Of a stretch of 64,000 nucleotides of DNA, positions 63,301-64,000 are shown one piece after another. Made by a program: the position numbers and the translations under genes. The notes beneath the pieces were generated by a model. The model saw nothing but the letters and a program-made list of their open reading frames with translations. It had not been told where the DNA came from and searched no databases. The first letter of the stretch is position 1. Each line of letters begins with the position of its first letter. This stretch comes from Catajapyx aquilonaris (lineage: Eukaryota): NCBI GenBank assembly GCA_000934665.2, contig JYFJ02000923.1, forward strand, positions 1-64,000. The letters run 5' to 3'.

Positions 63301-64000
63301 CTCATACTTAAAAACAGGACGGTCCTATATACAGTACAGGGAGTGATTAGTGCTTGGCGGGAAGTCGAAATTAAGTCTGGGGGGGGGGGGGTTAGTTAAG
63401 CATTGGCAGGTTCATTCAAAAGTTACGAACAGGCTAGAAAATTCCTGTCTGATGATCACCCCGTATCGTCGTCAATTAGCGTCCAACGTGAAACTCCACG
63501 GCAGATTGTCCCAGTCTTTAATTAAAACCAGTGGCGGACTTTGAGTGCGGTGCAACACCCACCCACCAACCCCTCGGCATCCTACCCAATACCGCCATCA
63601 CTTTTCCTCCCGTTGCTCTCACTTCTCTATCTGGCCGCTAATTAGAATCCAGGAATTCAATCAAACTTTTCGCTGTTTGACCAGGCATCGGTCGTATTAG
63701 ACTTCGCTAGACTCGTTCTACTGGAGGTGATCATTAAGGAGGATGCAAAAAGTTCTGATTTTTCATCAAGCTGCATCAATTTGTTCATAACAGTAGTTTC
63801 GTCCGGACGTGAATAGATATGTGAAGTATGTCATAATTACAATTGCTGGAATTTCATTTGGACGATTTTTGAATATGTAACTGTGCTACATAAGGCGGTA
63901 TCAATGCATTATTTCCAGTCTGCCTTGCCCTAAATTCATGGTTAACTGGACGATCTTAGTTGGACCAGGTATATTCATTCTGAATCATTATTAAAAGACT

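Noticed and set aside
1..64000. Remaining 60-140 aa six-frame ORFs
   Set aside because: Many have TTG/GTG starts, and their lengths are as expected by chance in non-coding eukaryotic DNA.

Overview
Eukaryotic (animal, probably invertebrate; taxon not determinable by eye) genomic DNA, mostly intronic/intergenic and rich in small transposons. The main feature is a + strand, six-coding-exon CCN-family (CYR61/CTGF/NOV-like) gene spanning about 23071-58046 and encoding ~530 aa: signal peptide, IGFBP, VWC, TSP1 and CT cystine knot. All splice phases join into one open frame. The most striking observation is that the cystine knot is split by a ~155-aa insertion containing a poly-Glu tract, a furin-type RRRRR/S site, a Thr-rich stretch, an Asp/Glu run and further RR pairs. 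This suggests a proinsulin-like, proteolytically matured two-chain knot. The CCN introns also hold a 267-aa acidic antisense ORF (candidate nested gene), a small heptapeptide-repeat ORF, tRNA-derived SINEs with clear target-site duplications (including a head-to-head V-domain pair), tandem Helitron ends, and piggyBac-, Tc1/mariner-, EnSpm- and Harbinger-like MITEs. A decayed mariner transposase and another SINE lie upstream. Two tandem duplications centred on single Ns look like assembly artefacts. All family calls are from manual reading and recalled consensus motifs; no database search was run.
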